NCBI RefSeq assembly: GCF_052425735.1
Contig: NC_135760.1
Coordinates: forward strand, 10,726,001 to 10,790,000
Length of the DNA: 64,000 bases
Origin: Oculina patagonica
Taxonomy: Eukaryota
Direction of reading: 5' to 3'
Part shown: positions 1 to 12,774 of the stretch, piece by piece
Layout of the letters: every line of letters starts with the position of its first letter
Position numbering within the stretch: the first letter of the stretch is position 1
Position numbers and translations under genes: made by a program
The notes under the pieces: model-generated
The model's input: the letters and a program-made list of their open reading frames with translations, nothing else
What the model was told of the DNA's origin: nothing
Databases searched by the model: none

Positions 1-84
1 CATTTGTTTTCGATTATGACAATGAAGTTGAGACAATGAAAAATAAATTAAACTGGTTTGAAAAATTATAAACCAAAGATAAAT

Positions 85-360
85 CAGGGTTCGTACAGGC
101 CACGGAAAACCTGAAGAGTCATGGAATTTTAAAAATTTCATTTTCCAGGCGTAGAAAGTCATGGAATTTAAATGAGGGTCGTGGAAAGTCATGGTAAATG
201 GTATTGATTGTACAAAATAGATTAGGCAGGTTATTTTTTGTGAAAAAAAGGGTAAAAACGTAGCTGAAATCAAGAGAATGTTTGAAAATTTCCAAGAAAA
301 ATGTTCTGGGTGGAACTGAAAAGGTATGGAATTCAAAAGTCCAAAAGAGTACAAACCCTG
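85..360. mobile_element. MITE with CAGGG termini and 5-bp TSD (hAT5-like)
   Basis: cagggttcgtac...gtacaaaccctg flanked by taaat at 80-84 and 361-365; internal repeated aaagtcatggaa motifs. Confidence 0.75.
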
Positions 361-1732
361 TAAATTGAAACCACAACATATCTCTTGTGAGAGTCTTCTT
401 TAGGGCCTGTTAGCTCTCAGTATTAGCTTCCAGCTGTAAGCCCACCCAAAGCCCCTTAGGAAGTTGTATACGCCCAGGGTTTAACCATGATTTTACAGTA
501 GTTGAGCAAAACATATAGGTATTATTTTACTAATAGGTATCACTAATTTTAACCTCAGCCTCGACAATAATTGTGTCCAGACCAATTGACTGATTCATTG
601 ATTGGTCGTTGTTTGGTTTTGAATGGAATTTCGTGGACAAGTTCCACGGTATGAAACTTTTTCGTTAAACATCGGCGATCATTTAAGCAAATGATAAATT
701 GACCATACAGAGAAATAGACAGCAACAGGCTAGGCTAGGGTGAGGTAAGCTTTTTACGTTTTCCAGAATCTTTAAATTATAGAATTCTTATTTTTGCCCG
801 TAGGGCAATAATGATGATGTATAAAATTATATCAATTCAGTGGTGCATATGTACCTTTATTTATTTTTGTTATCAGTTAGAATTGTTTATCTTTAGGTTA
901 GAGGGTCACATGAAAATTATATTATTAACTTACGTATATGTAGTTGCTTATCATAGCGCGTTAAATGTCATTCTGATTGTTGTAGTGTTTACTTAAAATG
1001 TTGCAATATTTGCAGTCAATGCAAGGGGAAGATAAGGGTCTTTCATGTCTCAAGTATGACTTTTCATAACTTGTGCATGTGTCCAAAATAGACAATCTCT
1101 CCCTTGTGTGTGACTTTGGCAAACTTGTAAAAGTGTTGCTTTATGGGGAAAACTGTAGTGGAGATGGGGACAGAACGTAAATAAAATGCAAGTGTACATT
1201 GTATTGTGTTGCTCAATTGTGTAAGTAGTAGGGGCGCCCACTATCTCTGGGAATAAGACCTTTATTAACAGGCCACGACAATGCCTCTAGTCCTAGAAAA
1301 CAATAGAATAACGTAACTAAAACGTTATGGTTTTAATAATAATATAATAGAAATATTCTTCTAATATAAAAGCAATGCTATACAAGTTTTCCAATGCTAT
1401 ATTTTTCAAAATTATATTCACCTTCCATGTATTTTTTTTTAATTTTTAGATTTTCGTCTTTCAAAGAACAATTTCCACAATTAACAATAATGTCCGAGTA
1501 AATCAGTTATTAACTAAACTGACGTTTTCAGCGTTTGCCCTCTTCGTCGGAGCAAATTTCCCTTGTTGTTATCATTATATTTGGCCATTATAATTAACTC
1601 TATTGCCAGCACTGACATATTTATACACTTGGTCAACCGGAATAACAAGAATTCTCCCCTCTCCCCCCCCCCCCCCCCCCACCTCCTCCATGACCCATTC
1701 AACAAGGCCGTTATGAAAATGCGCGTGTAAAA

Positions 1733-4700
1733 CTACTCCGAGAACCAATCGAAACTTTGTTGAAACTTGGCATAATAATAATCACCAAATCTGAAGGGCA
1801 ATTTTAGCAGGAACTCAGGGGTGTAGTTCAGGTCCCTCGTCAGGTCGCTGTCCAATGGCTCGATGACGCACTTGGGATTGGGTCCGTAAAAGAATGGGGC
1901 TGAATATCTGTGCTTGTCTGGGGAGTTTCTGACACGATGGATACTTGCGCGGTAAAGGCCCTTGGTCCAGGCTTCCAATGGGTCCCCAACATTAACAACG
2001 AAGGTTCCTGTGAAAAGAAATAATGCGGCCTGTAAGACAATCATTGGTTTTAGAAGTTTTTATATCCTTCATAAATTATGATCTTTTCGATGTCACGTCC
2101 CTGATACAAGGAAAACTCGCCTTTTCCTCTCCTCCCCCCCCCCCCCCGGGTTCAAAATGAAGTTACCTGGAATGGGTGGTACATCGATCCATTCTCCTTC
2201 TGAGATCTGCACTTCCAATCCCCCGACATCATCCTGTAAGACCATTGTAAGCACTTCGTGGTCTGTATGTGGCCCCACCCCCCACGAGCTGTCTTTACTG
2301 GGGTGGGCAGGGTAAGACCACATGGCCATCCACGCACTTGGATTAGAAAACATGTCGTCAAAATGGTCTTTCTTTAGCTGTAGACCCATTGCTATAGCAC
2401 GCATCAAAGACAATCTGTAAATGAATGTTTTGCATTCAAAATAGTGTCTAGAGTTTTTCTAGTAGTAGGCGCCGCGGCCTTATGGTTAGGGCGCTGGACT
2501 CCGGATCGAGCGGTCTGAGCCCCAACCGGGGTCATTAAAACACTTATTAACTCTGGGGTACAAAAGGGTACCGGCTAATTAAACGCTGGAAAGTAGCTCT
2601 GCGATTAAAAAGCATCCCATCCAGAGGAAAGGAGAAATACTCCTAGTCGCTTAAGAAGAAATCGGCGTTATGTGCCAGCTGTTTCGGCCACAAAACTCGA
2701 ACGCGGACTTTACATTCCCACCAGATTCGAAATTTGTCTGATCCCAAAAGTAGTAACCTCCTCCTCCCCCAGGGGGTACTCACCCTCTCCTCCCTCCCCC
2801 TTCCTCCTTTATACACAATACTGGACAGGATATGGTTTTGAGGAGTTTACTCTGAAAAAGTGCGTTCAAATCTGTTCATTTGGCTCTCAAACAGGGCATC
2901 GTTTTTCGGGAATCGAATTGGGAGATAACGGTCTTAGTCTGGTATATAAGGAAAAGACTAACATCTTCGAACGAAATTTGCAGCAGATATAGTTTCAGCT
3001 CTCCTATCACTGGCTACATTAAAAGAAGAAAACTACAATATTTAAATCTTCTCGCCAAATGAAACGTAATTTTAATGGTCTCATGTTGCAGTTATTTTTT
3101 CATATAAAAAAAAAACAGTTATTATTATAAAACTTCCCTGCACTGGCGGCAATTAGCTGTCACAGTTCATTATGAACGCAAGGTTTCCTTTTTACTTTTC
3201 AATCAATAAAGGGCAAAACCAACTTTCCCGTCTTCACGCAGACATTCCCACACGAAAATTTTTTTTCAACTGTATGGCAACAACAAGTTCAAAATACAAG
3301 TACAGTCTTGGGAACAAGTGCAAGTTGATGGCGACATCACTAATTCTCTGACTGAGCCCGCGAATTTCGTCCCAGAAGTTGCTAAGCAACATGACGTATT
3401 TTTACGCGCGATTGCTTTCGGAGTACTCGTGAGCGCTCGCGCTAGTTTTTGATTGAATGAAATTATTCGGAAATTCTTCGAGTGCTTCAACGAAGATTTG
3501 CCAAAACTGGCACTTATTCCCCCGACTGAAGTATCTTGATAACAACACACCCAACAGTCTTCATCTGATCCCTGTATTGCTTTACAGCATTAGCAAAGTT
3601 TGGCAGGTCTCTCTCATCCGGGTATTGATTCGGACCAACCATTGGCGTACCAGAAATCACATCCGGGTCATCAGAACTGACATCTGGCCCAAAGTAGATA
3701 CCTTCCTTTACATCTACTTTGCCTGCCGTCTTCTCTGATCCTGTAGGCCAATTAAAAAAGGAAATCTTTTAGGACCTAGATATCTCTTTTAATTCTCTTT
3801 ACCCATGTAGCCTGATTATTTTTAAGTCCTTTATAAGGGAGTAACAAAAGTGTCAAATCTTGAAGTGGTTAGCGCAAAAAGGTAACAAGTAATACCTCGA
3901 GGTTTTAATCGTCTGTTAGTTAGCGATCGCAAGCGAAGCCCAAGTCAACTATCAAAATCAAAAGAAAATCGAAAGCTAGCAGTCTATCGATAAAACTGCT
4001 TTATTAACGTTTTTGTTAATTTATCTAGCCATATTGCACGGAAACGTACTCGCGCTCCGAAAGACTTCTATCGACCAATATTTGGTGCCTGTGTCTTCAT
4101 CATCATCATCATCACCGGTCCTTTTCGCGCCATCGGACGCATAAGGCCTCGTTATGACAAAATTGTGAGTTTGTCAATGCTCTCGGATAACAGTTAAAAT
4201 GAGATACGTGTAGAGGGATATTATTATGGCTTCCCGGCCATCCTCACTCTTCAGAATTACATTAAAATTGACTAGTGCCTCAGTAGTCTGCGCTGTGCAT
4301 CCGGCGAGAATGCTAACGTTTTCAAGTCACACACACTAGCGACGAAGCCACAGGCTTTTCAATTTCTCGCCTTCTCATCTTTCTCTACGCCCCCTTCACG
4401 CCGCCGTGTTTGCTCGCGAGCGACCGAGTACGAGGGAGGCTCGCGCGTGTGACTCAAACATGAACATGCTCGCAAGTTCCCGGAGGTAATTACAGTAGAG
4501 TTGCGCATTTTTAAATTTTTATTTTTTTTTTAACTTCCTGATCGCCTGCTTGGCAATCCATATAACCTAGAGTGAGAATTTAAGCTGTAACGTTTATTTG
4601 CTAAACAAACCTCTCTGTATATATCCTCTGTATGCTTTGCTATTCCTAATGCTTAGAGCAATTTTCTTCTCAAAAGGCATCTCAAAGAAGCGTCTTGCAG

Positions 4701-6005
4701 CCTCCATAACACCATCTGTTGTTTTCTGGGGCACACCGTGACCAGAAATGTAGAAGAATCCTACATCGCGACACGCTTCATGAATGCGCTTCACCACGTC
4801 ACTCAAGTATATCGACGAAGACTTTCCCTCTGCTGTTCAAAACATACAACATAAGCCATCGAGCCTCACCGCCGGCGAGATCTGGGCACTAGAAGCGAAA
4901 TGACTTTTCTCTTCTGATGCTTATGCCTCACCGACTGGTTCACTCGAGTGGCTCTGGGGACTAGAATGATGATTGTCGTCAAACTATCGTCAGTTACTCC
5001 AAATACTATAAACAGAGTCCCCTCGTTATCAGGATATCCGGTTATGAAAAATTACATTCAATTGTTAAAAACTATTTTGTAACAAGATTTGAAGTCATTT
5101 TTCGGACGTATAAAATTACTTTCAAATTGAGGGAAACCTCAAAAAATAGTTTTCATAGGTAGAAAAACACCAAAGAAGTGACAATAAACTGAAAATAAAC
5201 AAGGATGACAGACTTGAAAAAATTTAACCAATTTTTTTCAAGACGTGCCATTTGTGATAAAGCCTCTTGAAGATTACACGAGACATTAATGAGTTTACAA
5301 TCAGTCTCTAAAGATTTAAATGAATAAAGAAACTCAGCTGCTATCCTGGCACAAATAAAAAAAGTAGCAAGCAAGAAAATCCCTTGTTAATGTTAACCAA
5401 TATGGCAGCGAAGGCATCACATACAAACCAAGGTGCTCTCCATTGCGAAATCCGGATTGCGGACTTTCCAATAAAACACGAAATCCAAAAACACTGCATT
5501 TTGACTCACCAAAAATCTTCTCCGAGGTGGAATTCAATTAACAAATCCAAACCCGGATTTCATAGATTTGCTATTTTGCGTTTTGCTTGGGAAATCCGAG
5601 AAAGGATTGGCAAAAATGTTCTCGTGAGCAGCCGTCTGTTATCAGCTGATTGTGCGTACGCATTGGTGAGCGCTAAAACTCCGCTGTTCACGAGAAATGT
5701 CTGAAAAGAAGTTTTTAGATTTTAAAAAAGCGCAAAAATATTAATCCGTAAAATCAAGGAAAGATTTCGATTTGCTAAATCTGTTTTTGCATTTTCTATG
5801 TTATTGGGAATCAAAGGCATGTGGAATCCGAAAATCCGGATTTGAAAATCCAGTCCGGATTTCCCAACCGAAAGCGCAACAAGAATTTAAAAGGGGTAAT
5901 GGTTCCTTACTAACTATGTGAGCTTATTAAACTATCATATACTACCTTTTAGCAAAGGTGAAATGTCGATTAGGGGCACATGTTTTCCGATAGATCTTGA
6001 AAGAA
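1733..6005 (-). CDS. IPNS/PcbC-like Fe(II)/2-oxoglutarate dioxygenase, copy A (5' end unresolved)
   Basis: Exons 5946-6005, 4611-4832, 3551-3740, 2167-2414, 1733-2007; all GT-AG and in phase. Translation has VPLIDISPL...ACRDVGFFYISGHGV...RGY (DIOX_N-type N-terminus), KEGIYFGP, WGVGPHTDHEVLT..QDDVGGLEV, VNVGD, distal His (HRVRN) and RxS (RYS). No in-frame ATG in the 5946-6005 exon. Confidence 0.92.
2468..2714 (+). mobile_element. Degenerate tRNA-derived SINE
   Basis: tRNA-like head (ggccttatggttagggcgctggactcc); body (catcccatccag...aatactcctagtcgct) shared with copies at ~39360-39630 and ~54090-54730. Confidence 0.6.
5432..5879. mobile_element. Degenerate MITE in a dioxygenase A intron
   Basis: Imperfect inverted ends (gaaatccggattg / cagtccggatttc) and repeated aaatcc/ggattt motifs. 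Confidence 0.5.
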
Positions 6006-6719
6006 CTGTGAAAGAAATAATACTTTTTTTACTAATCTTATGGCACTATTTTAGCAGTACTTGGCTTTTGTGTCCAAGTTAGATGGATATCAACACTTTA
6101 AGAAGTTCCCCGAGGTGGACTGGTACACCTTCAAAGAAAAACCTTACTTGTAAGAAGCATGACTTTAATATTAACCTATAACGGACAAATGCGGAGAAAA
6201 AAAGTGTTTTACCGTCAAGCGTTATGATCAAGTTTTTAAGACTATTTTTGTTGAATGCAGTTAGTCATTGGTCGTTTAGATAGTCAGTCATTAAATTAGT
6301 CAGTCAGTTAGTCAGTCGGTCGGTCAACGGATGGTGGGTTGATTAGTAATTAAGGTACGCGTGGTAATCGTGATAAGGAACTTAAAGAAGTATGTTATTT
6401 GTACTGAAAAAACTAGAAATTATCAGTTATCTGAAAATTTTACAAACCTGACATCGTCGTTGATAATCAGGAAGAACTAACAAAAAATATAACCCTTTGG
6501 TGTTTCTTCAAACTGAAAACAATAAAAAAGAAAAAAAAGAAATTAAAATGTCTGTTGTGTAGAACTAAAATGCAGTGGCCTATCTGTGGAGTAGCGTACA
6601 TTATAACTGCCCAGTTATATCGTGGATTAGATCAAAAGTTTCCACTGTACTAGTACTACATCCAGGATAAAATACCGTTAGAAATGGTCCTGCGTTTTCC
6701 TCGACATTCTAGAAGGGAT

Positions 6720-6817
6720 TAGCCTGCGAACACAGACGTCTTTCCGGCTGTCGTTTCTCTTTGCCGAGAGAAACGACAGCCGGAAATCATTGGAAATAAG
6801 TCTGCGTTCGCAGGCTA
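6720..6817. mobile_element. Short palindromic MITE
   Basis: tagcctgcgaacacagac...gtctgcgttcgcaggcta; a related element lies at ~14268-14333. Confidence 0.65.
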
Positions 6818-7668
6818 CAAAGGAATCCATTTGAGAGGTAGGTCGACGGTTTTGAGAAATGCATGAAGTAACGATTTTTTCACCCCACAACAAAGTGGTG
6901 TTCTTCGGAGCTTATTTTCCTCCAAGTTTCGGTATATTTAACCTCAAGTTCCCCGACTGCATGCATACATACGAGAGCCCTATGTTTTTATCGTAACACT
7001 CGCCAACACAGCTGCAAGTTCCTCAGTGGTTAACTTAATTGATAAATAACTTATTTCACTCCTAAATATAGCTTTAAGTAAAGCATAAATAAAGCTATAG
7101 TTTTAACCAGAGCGATGGGGACACGGGGGGGGGGGGGGGGGGGGTTAACGCCGCAATACCGCAAAAAAAATTAAAATACGTCAAATACTGCAACACTGGG
7201 GAAAAAAATCGGAAAGTATCGTAATTTCATAGTTAGCTTACATAGCTGGCGGTAAAGGTAAATACAAACGACCGGACTGTGAAGACAATGACACAAATTT
7301 TAACTGGTTGTTAAAACAATCAAATGACTACTTACAATCATTTACAATCACGATACATTTTGACTCGTGAATATAAGGCTGCTCCAGATTTTTTTCCGAA
7401 ACGACCAGAAACTCGAAAATGGTCAGAAAAACGTGAAGGATAAGTTGTATATTTAAAAACGTGAAGGATAAGTTGTATATTTATAGTCACTATCGTCAAC
7501 CAAAACGCTGAGAAAACGCATTTCGCAGGTTTGAAAAATACCGCGATATTGCAATTCATTTGAAATAACCGCAATTCAATTAAAGTTACCGAAATACCGC
7601 ATGAAAATTGCCCAATATCCACTGAATATCGCAAACCGCAATGTCTTCCTCCAGAGCCTATGCTGGCG

Positions 7669-7949
7669 CAATCTCGTCCCCAGAGGCCGCGATCCTTCTG
7701 GTCTGCGCCAGGGATCGGGAACTCTGGGCTCAGGAGTCAGGCCTGCTCTGGGCTATTTTGAAAACCCGCCACAAAGGCGTCTGACTCTGATTGGCTGTTG
7801 AAAACTTGTTCGTTTCACTACAATCTCCGGCGCACGCGCACAATCAAACCGGAACCAGGATTTCCTGGTTCCGGTTGTGGATTCGTCCAGAGCCCTTGAG
7901 TTTCCCGACCCGCTGGTCAAGGGGAACGCAGGCTCTGAGGACGAGATTG
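7669..7949. mobile_element. MITE with 9-bp TSD
   Basis: TIR caatctcgtccccagag / ctctgaggacgagattg; perfect TSD atgctggcg at 7660-7668 and 7950-7958. Confidence 0.85.
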
Positions 7950-8045
7950 ATGCTGGCGTGAGGACTGCCGGCGCAACTTAAGTGGAGGTTTGATTGGTCG
8001 ATAGTGTGTCGTTACCTAGGAAACTATTACCCAATCACAGCTCAC

Positions 8046-8220
8046 CAGTGGTAGACGAATTCAAGAAGAAAAATACGAGGAACCGAATATAAGGAGACGA
8101 ATATAAGGAGCTAAAAATATACCAAAAAACAAATGCTGAAACTGATGTTAAATTGTTAGTCACATCCCAATTATTTGCCGTTTGCGTGCTTATCGTCAGA
8201 AATAAAGAAAACAAAATCAT
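8046..8220 (-). CDS. Candidate upstream coding exon of dioxygenase A (hydrophobic N-terminal extension)
   Basis: Strong donor G|GTGAG at 8046/8045 in the phase needed to join exon 6005. Open frame ...YIRFLVFFFLNSSTT. Begins either at ATG 8220 or at acceptor tttag|8110. Confidence 0.35.
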
Positions 8221-11200
8221 AACCGAATATTCGAATTGAACATCATAAGTCTGGCGATTGTAAAATAAATACTTACAATTATAATGACCACAATTAATAT
8301 TTTGCAAGGCGAATGATAAGCATGTGCTTATCTCAGACTTATTATCAAAACCCTGCTACTTCGGGGATGTAAGACCTAGCTAAAATAGTCCTTTTTAGGG
8401 CTATTTAGGGACGTCTTGCCACTTAAAAAACGTGCAGTTATTTTGAAAATTCTTGGATATTAGCCTAACTTCTGTAGAAGCCCGTCTTATTTTGGAAAAC
8501 ACATCCCACAATAACCAATGATCTTAACTAGTTTTAAGATTCTAAACTACAAGAAGGATAACCAAATAACAAGGCAAGTTCAAAATACAAATTTTGTCTG
8601 AAGTGCTACACTAGCATTTAAAATCGCAAACAGGATTTCCTAAGGTAACCTTGGAAAACAAGTTAAGAAGTACTCGAGATATTGTGCAGTATTTAAAGAA
8701 AGGTTGAGCTGGCTAATACAGCTTTCAACAACTATTTCGGCCACTTTTTAAGATATCCATATTTGTAGCCTAATTAGGGCGCCAGGCTGTCTTTGCATAT
8801 CTGCGGAATCAGGGACGGCGGAGCATTTTTCCAACTGGGGGGGGGGGGGGCTGACTAGTGACTTGGAGTGGGGGACTTAAAATACTCCTTTCTTATTAAC
8901 TCTTTATTTTTTCAGAAATTCTGGGGGGGCTAAAGCCCCCCCAGCCCCCCGGCTCCGCCGTCCATGGGAATTGTCTACTATGCAAAGGAATGTAGCTTTT
9001 ACTGCCCCAGTTATCGAGGGGATTAAAATCTCTTTGGCATAGCAGTAAACATACAAATAAATACGAAATCCCGTATTCCAATAGAAAAAGAATGCCATTC
9101 AGTAGTCAAGTCGACCAAAAAGACACAGTCCCAGCAAAATTGTCAGAACGCACTGGCAAAATTACCGTATATTTGATATTTTTATAGAATTATATTTTCG
9201 TATTTTGTATCAATTTTTATTTAGTTCTGTTTTCGTCACACAATAGCTTACCAAGATCGTCGCAAAACCGAATTTCCTCTATCTGGCAATGTTATGTTTT
9301 GGCCTACTTGTTCACGTCTGTAATTCACCGTACTTTTAACCTGGTTTGTTCTTAAAACTAATAAAACAACTTTCCTCTAGTAATTTATTCTTTGGTTCAT
9401 TCAAGCTTCAGTCTTCTTATCAATACATATCATCTTGAAAGGAAACTAATTAAAGGGAAAATGATTTTTGCAAGAGAATTACAAAGAAAACGAGAAAGCT
9501 AATGAGAAATTAAACAAAACAAATCTAAAAATTACGTAAGATACCTCAGTCAGCGATGTAAAAAATTACGTAATGTACACATCGTTATAAAAGCAAGAAT
9601 GCATTGCTGTTATGATAACAATACTTCAGTAAGAATGAAATAAAAAACAGAAGCGACAAAATAGAAATGAACTGTGCTTTATCCGATTTTGGAGTGAAAT
9701 TCCAATCTCTTGTTATAGCCATGTAGTTAAAGGGTGTTAATATTTAAAGCTGCGCCTACAAAGACGAGAAATTATTTTTGATGCGCTTGTATTGCTCCAG
9801 TTTTCGAAGAGTTGATAACTTCTTTAGCATTGAAGCAAACATGTAAGTCATACGAATTGCTCAGCGATGAAGGGAGAGACCATCGATAGCAAACTTAACC
9901 AGGTAGAAACAAACTTAACATTCACGAAAAAATCATTGTCAAAATTTACAAAACTATACTGATAATTATGTATTTTGTACTGTTTCGCTTTGGTTAAGTT
10001 TTCGTCACACGCAAAACGAAACCTCACAGAAATGAATCACGGAAGTAAAATAATGTATCATTAATCAATATTTTCTTTTTTTCCTATGGATTATCTTACA
10101 CAGAAATTTTTCACATCGCAATCAAGAGTTTCGACAACAATTTTTACTGTTTGTTTCCATGTTAGCAAAACGACGACACGAAACAGTCTCCGGAGAAACT
10201 AAACCTCGCGGAACTTAAGCGTGACCTACTGGGAAGTAAAAGCCCTTGTGTACAATTAAACTGAAATTTAGATGGGCTATTCTGAAAATATAAAATAATG
10301 AAGGAATGAAAAACTTGCCGATTGAAGTTGAAGGTTAACAGCAAAGAGGAAAGAGTTAATAATAGTACTTCGTTTTATAATACGCTATTTGTATACTCAC
10401 TGTGTGATTGGCCAGCGTACAGTCATGTGACCAAACGAGGCCTGAAGACCTAACCACTTTTAGATTTTTGCATGCTAAATAGGCCGATACCCCAGTCTGG
10501 TCGGAGTGGATTAATTTCCTATTTTCATCAACCACCGAGCTGCGGTTATCAACTTTTAAGCAAGAGAAAAGAGATGTTGATGTTACTTGTTTATAGAATC
10601 TATAAGCTTATGTTTCTTCTACTCCTTTAAGAAATTATGAGTAAGAATGTACCATTGACCTTTAAACGTGGCATTTTTTTTAATTCGCAGAAATAAAAAA
10701 AAAATAATTTTTTAAAAGTGTCAAGAAATAAATCTTTTATCACCGTGAAAAATGCTTTCCCATAATTTCGTTTTTATGGTGTGTAAAAAATGTACAGTCT
10801 AGATCCAATATTGTTCTTTTAAAGCAGATGTCAGAGGTAAACAAAAAGCTTTCACAAAAAGGTCAATTGGCAAATTAACTGACAAATACTGCAAGTTATC
10901 TGAAGTAGAAAAGAAATTATTTTGAAGAACGTAGAAAACCAAGCAACATTTGTAGAATAAATGACGTACGGAGGACCACGGTGGTGTTAATGAAGCATAA
11001 AAACCATTTTCACGCACTTTACGTCAGCACCCTATTTTAATTTATCAGTCGTCTTTTTTGCGATTTTCCGTATACGAATTATTTTTAATTTCATCCGCTA
11101 ATTACTCATTTGTGTTCATCTTTCATCCTTCGTCAAACACCTCTTTGATGTGTAAGCTAACTGACAGCACGGCAAGAAACAAAGAGAAAAGAAAATCATT

Positions 11201-11578
11201 GCAATGTAGTTGGTGCCGAAAGCCTAAGAAGTCAAAGGTTAGCATTGCTTTATATTTTTTTGGTTTAACTAGACTACCCGGCTTTAGACCGCTACAAGGC
11301 AAAAGATCTACAGATGAGTTATTTTAAGTTTTCTTGTAAAAAAAGGGGAGGAAGGGAGAATCGTCATTTATAGAGTTAAGATGCTTTGGTCCTTCTATCG
11401 CGAGGCAGATTTTTGAAGAATGACAACGGCCAAAGTCTTCGGTAAAACTCTGTTTATTCTCTGTATGTCACTAGTCACAAGCTGAGATCATAGCGTAGTT
11501 TAGAGCGTTTGAGAGTGTTTAATCAGTTACAGAACAGCTTACTTTTCGCAAGTTTCACGCCATTCATATGCGTACGTT

Positions 11579-11984
11579 AGGTGTTTTCAGATGCCGCAAG
11601 TTCGTAGAACAAAAACAATGCGAAAGGAGCTAAGTTTGTTTACTCGTGCAAAGATTTGCAAAAAGAAATATTTCTTAAGGATTGCATTCTTACCCAAAGA
11701 ATTAGTTCGCTCCTGTGAAAGCTAGTAACTCATTTTAGGTTCTGACGAAAGGAATTTAAGCTTAAGGTTGTAGAAATATATATAACTTAGCAAAACGCAG
11801 TCCAATTGAAAACAAAGGATTTTAAAGGTGACAACTCTTGCGAGCGAACTTTGTTTTTCAAAGGAGCAAGCGAGCCTAATCATTATGCGAGCTTGGACTA
11901 AACGTGCGAAAGATTCCGCAGCTTAATTAAATAGTTCGTTTCGGCAAAATTAGTTTTCTTGCAATTTCGCAGCTGAAAACACCT
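11579..11984. mobile_element. Probable MITE upstream of the transporter
   Basis: Inverted ends aggtgttttcag / ctgaaaacacct. Confidence 0.5.
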
Positions 11985-12774
11985 CTTACGGAAAGCAATA
12001 GGTAATTTAAACTGCAACGTGAGTTCTCACTTAGTTGTAACGCGAGTTCACACTTAGCTCATAAATGAAACCCTTGTTTTCCGCAGATGAATAAATAATC
12101 TGAAAACACGAGCAGGTACTAAGAAATCTGTTTTTAAAATAATCCCAAAATGTGCTTCTACACTTCAAAGGGTAAACGATGAGAAAACAGACGACTAAAC
12201 ATTAAAGGTAGGAGAGATTTTTTGAAGTAGTTCATAAAATTACCTTATTCTAAGAAGCGAATGTCAAGAAATGTAAGCATTTTTAAATCTTTAAAAAAGG
12301 GTCTGCGTTTATCAGTTTAAATTATGCTCTGACCAAACGTTTAAAGTGCGTTTACTCGGTAAGTGATGAAAGTGGTTTAAGCGGCCGATCTGTACGGGTT
12401 TGACAATATCAAGCAGAAAACGGACCAGGGAGTCCATATCGCCGTAGGACTTTTCAGTAGAGCCCTTATTCGTATTCCCCGAAGGCCCTGGAGCGAGGGC
12501 CTTCCGAACTGGGAATTTTGCTTGAAAATACAAAGATACGGTTGGGTTGCCTTAAAACCAGTAAAATGTGAAAAAGTGGTCGCTTAGGTAAAATCGTCGG
12601 TTACGAGTGGAGATCGCACGGGGTGGCTCGATGATTGTACGTTAAAAAAAAAGAATATGAATTAAGAATAACTGTACGCACAAGTTGATAAAGCTTACGA
12701 CATTTTCTATTAACTGTTTTTTTTTTCTTCGTCAGAATTAAAAATCCCAGCGAAATATTCAAGCTCCTCCAAAC

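Noticed and set aside
1733-1800. Link to the ctenophore IPNS-like 'FYY' proteins proposed for coelenterazine synthesis
   Set aside because: Neither copy ends in FYY (A ends SFDWFSE, B ends SYGKS); the DYYY in A is internal.
2468-2530. tRNA gene
   Set aside because: Incomplete cloverleaf that continues into a SINE body found in several copies.
7126-7144. Poly-G/poly-C tracts as a functional G-quadruplex system (many in the window)
   Set aside because: Mostly termini of common repeats; homopolymer lengths are unreliable and show no positional pattern.
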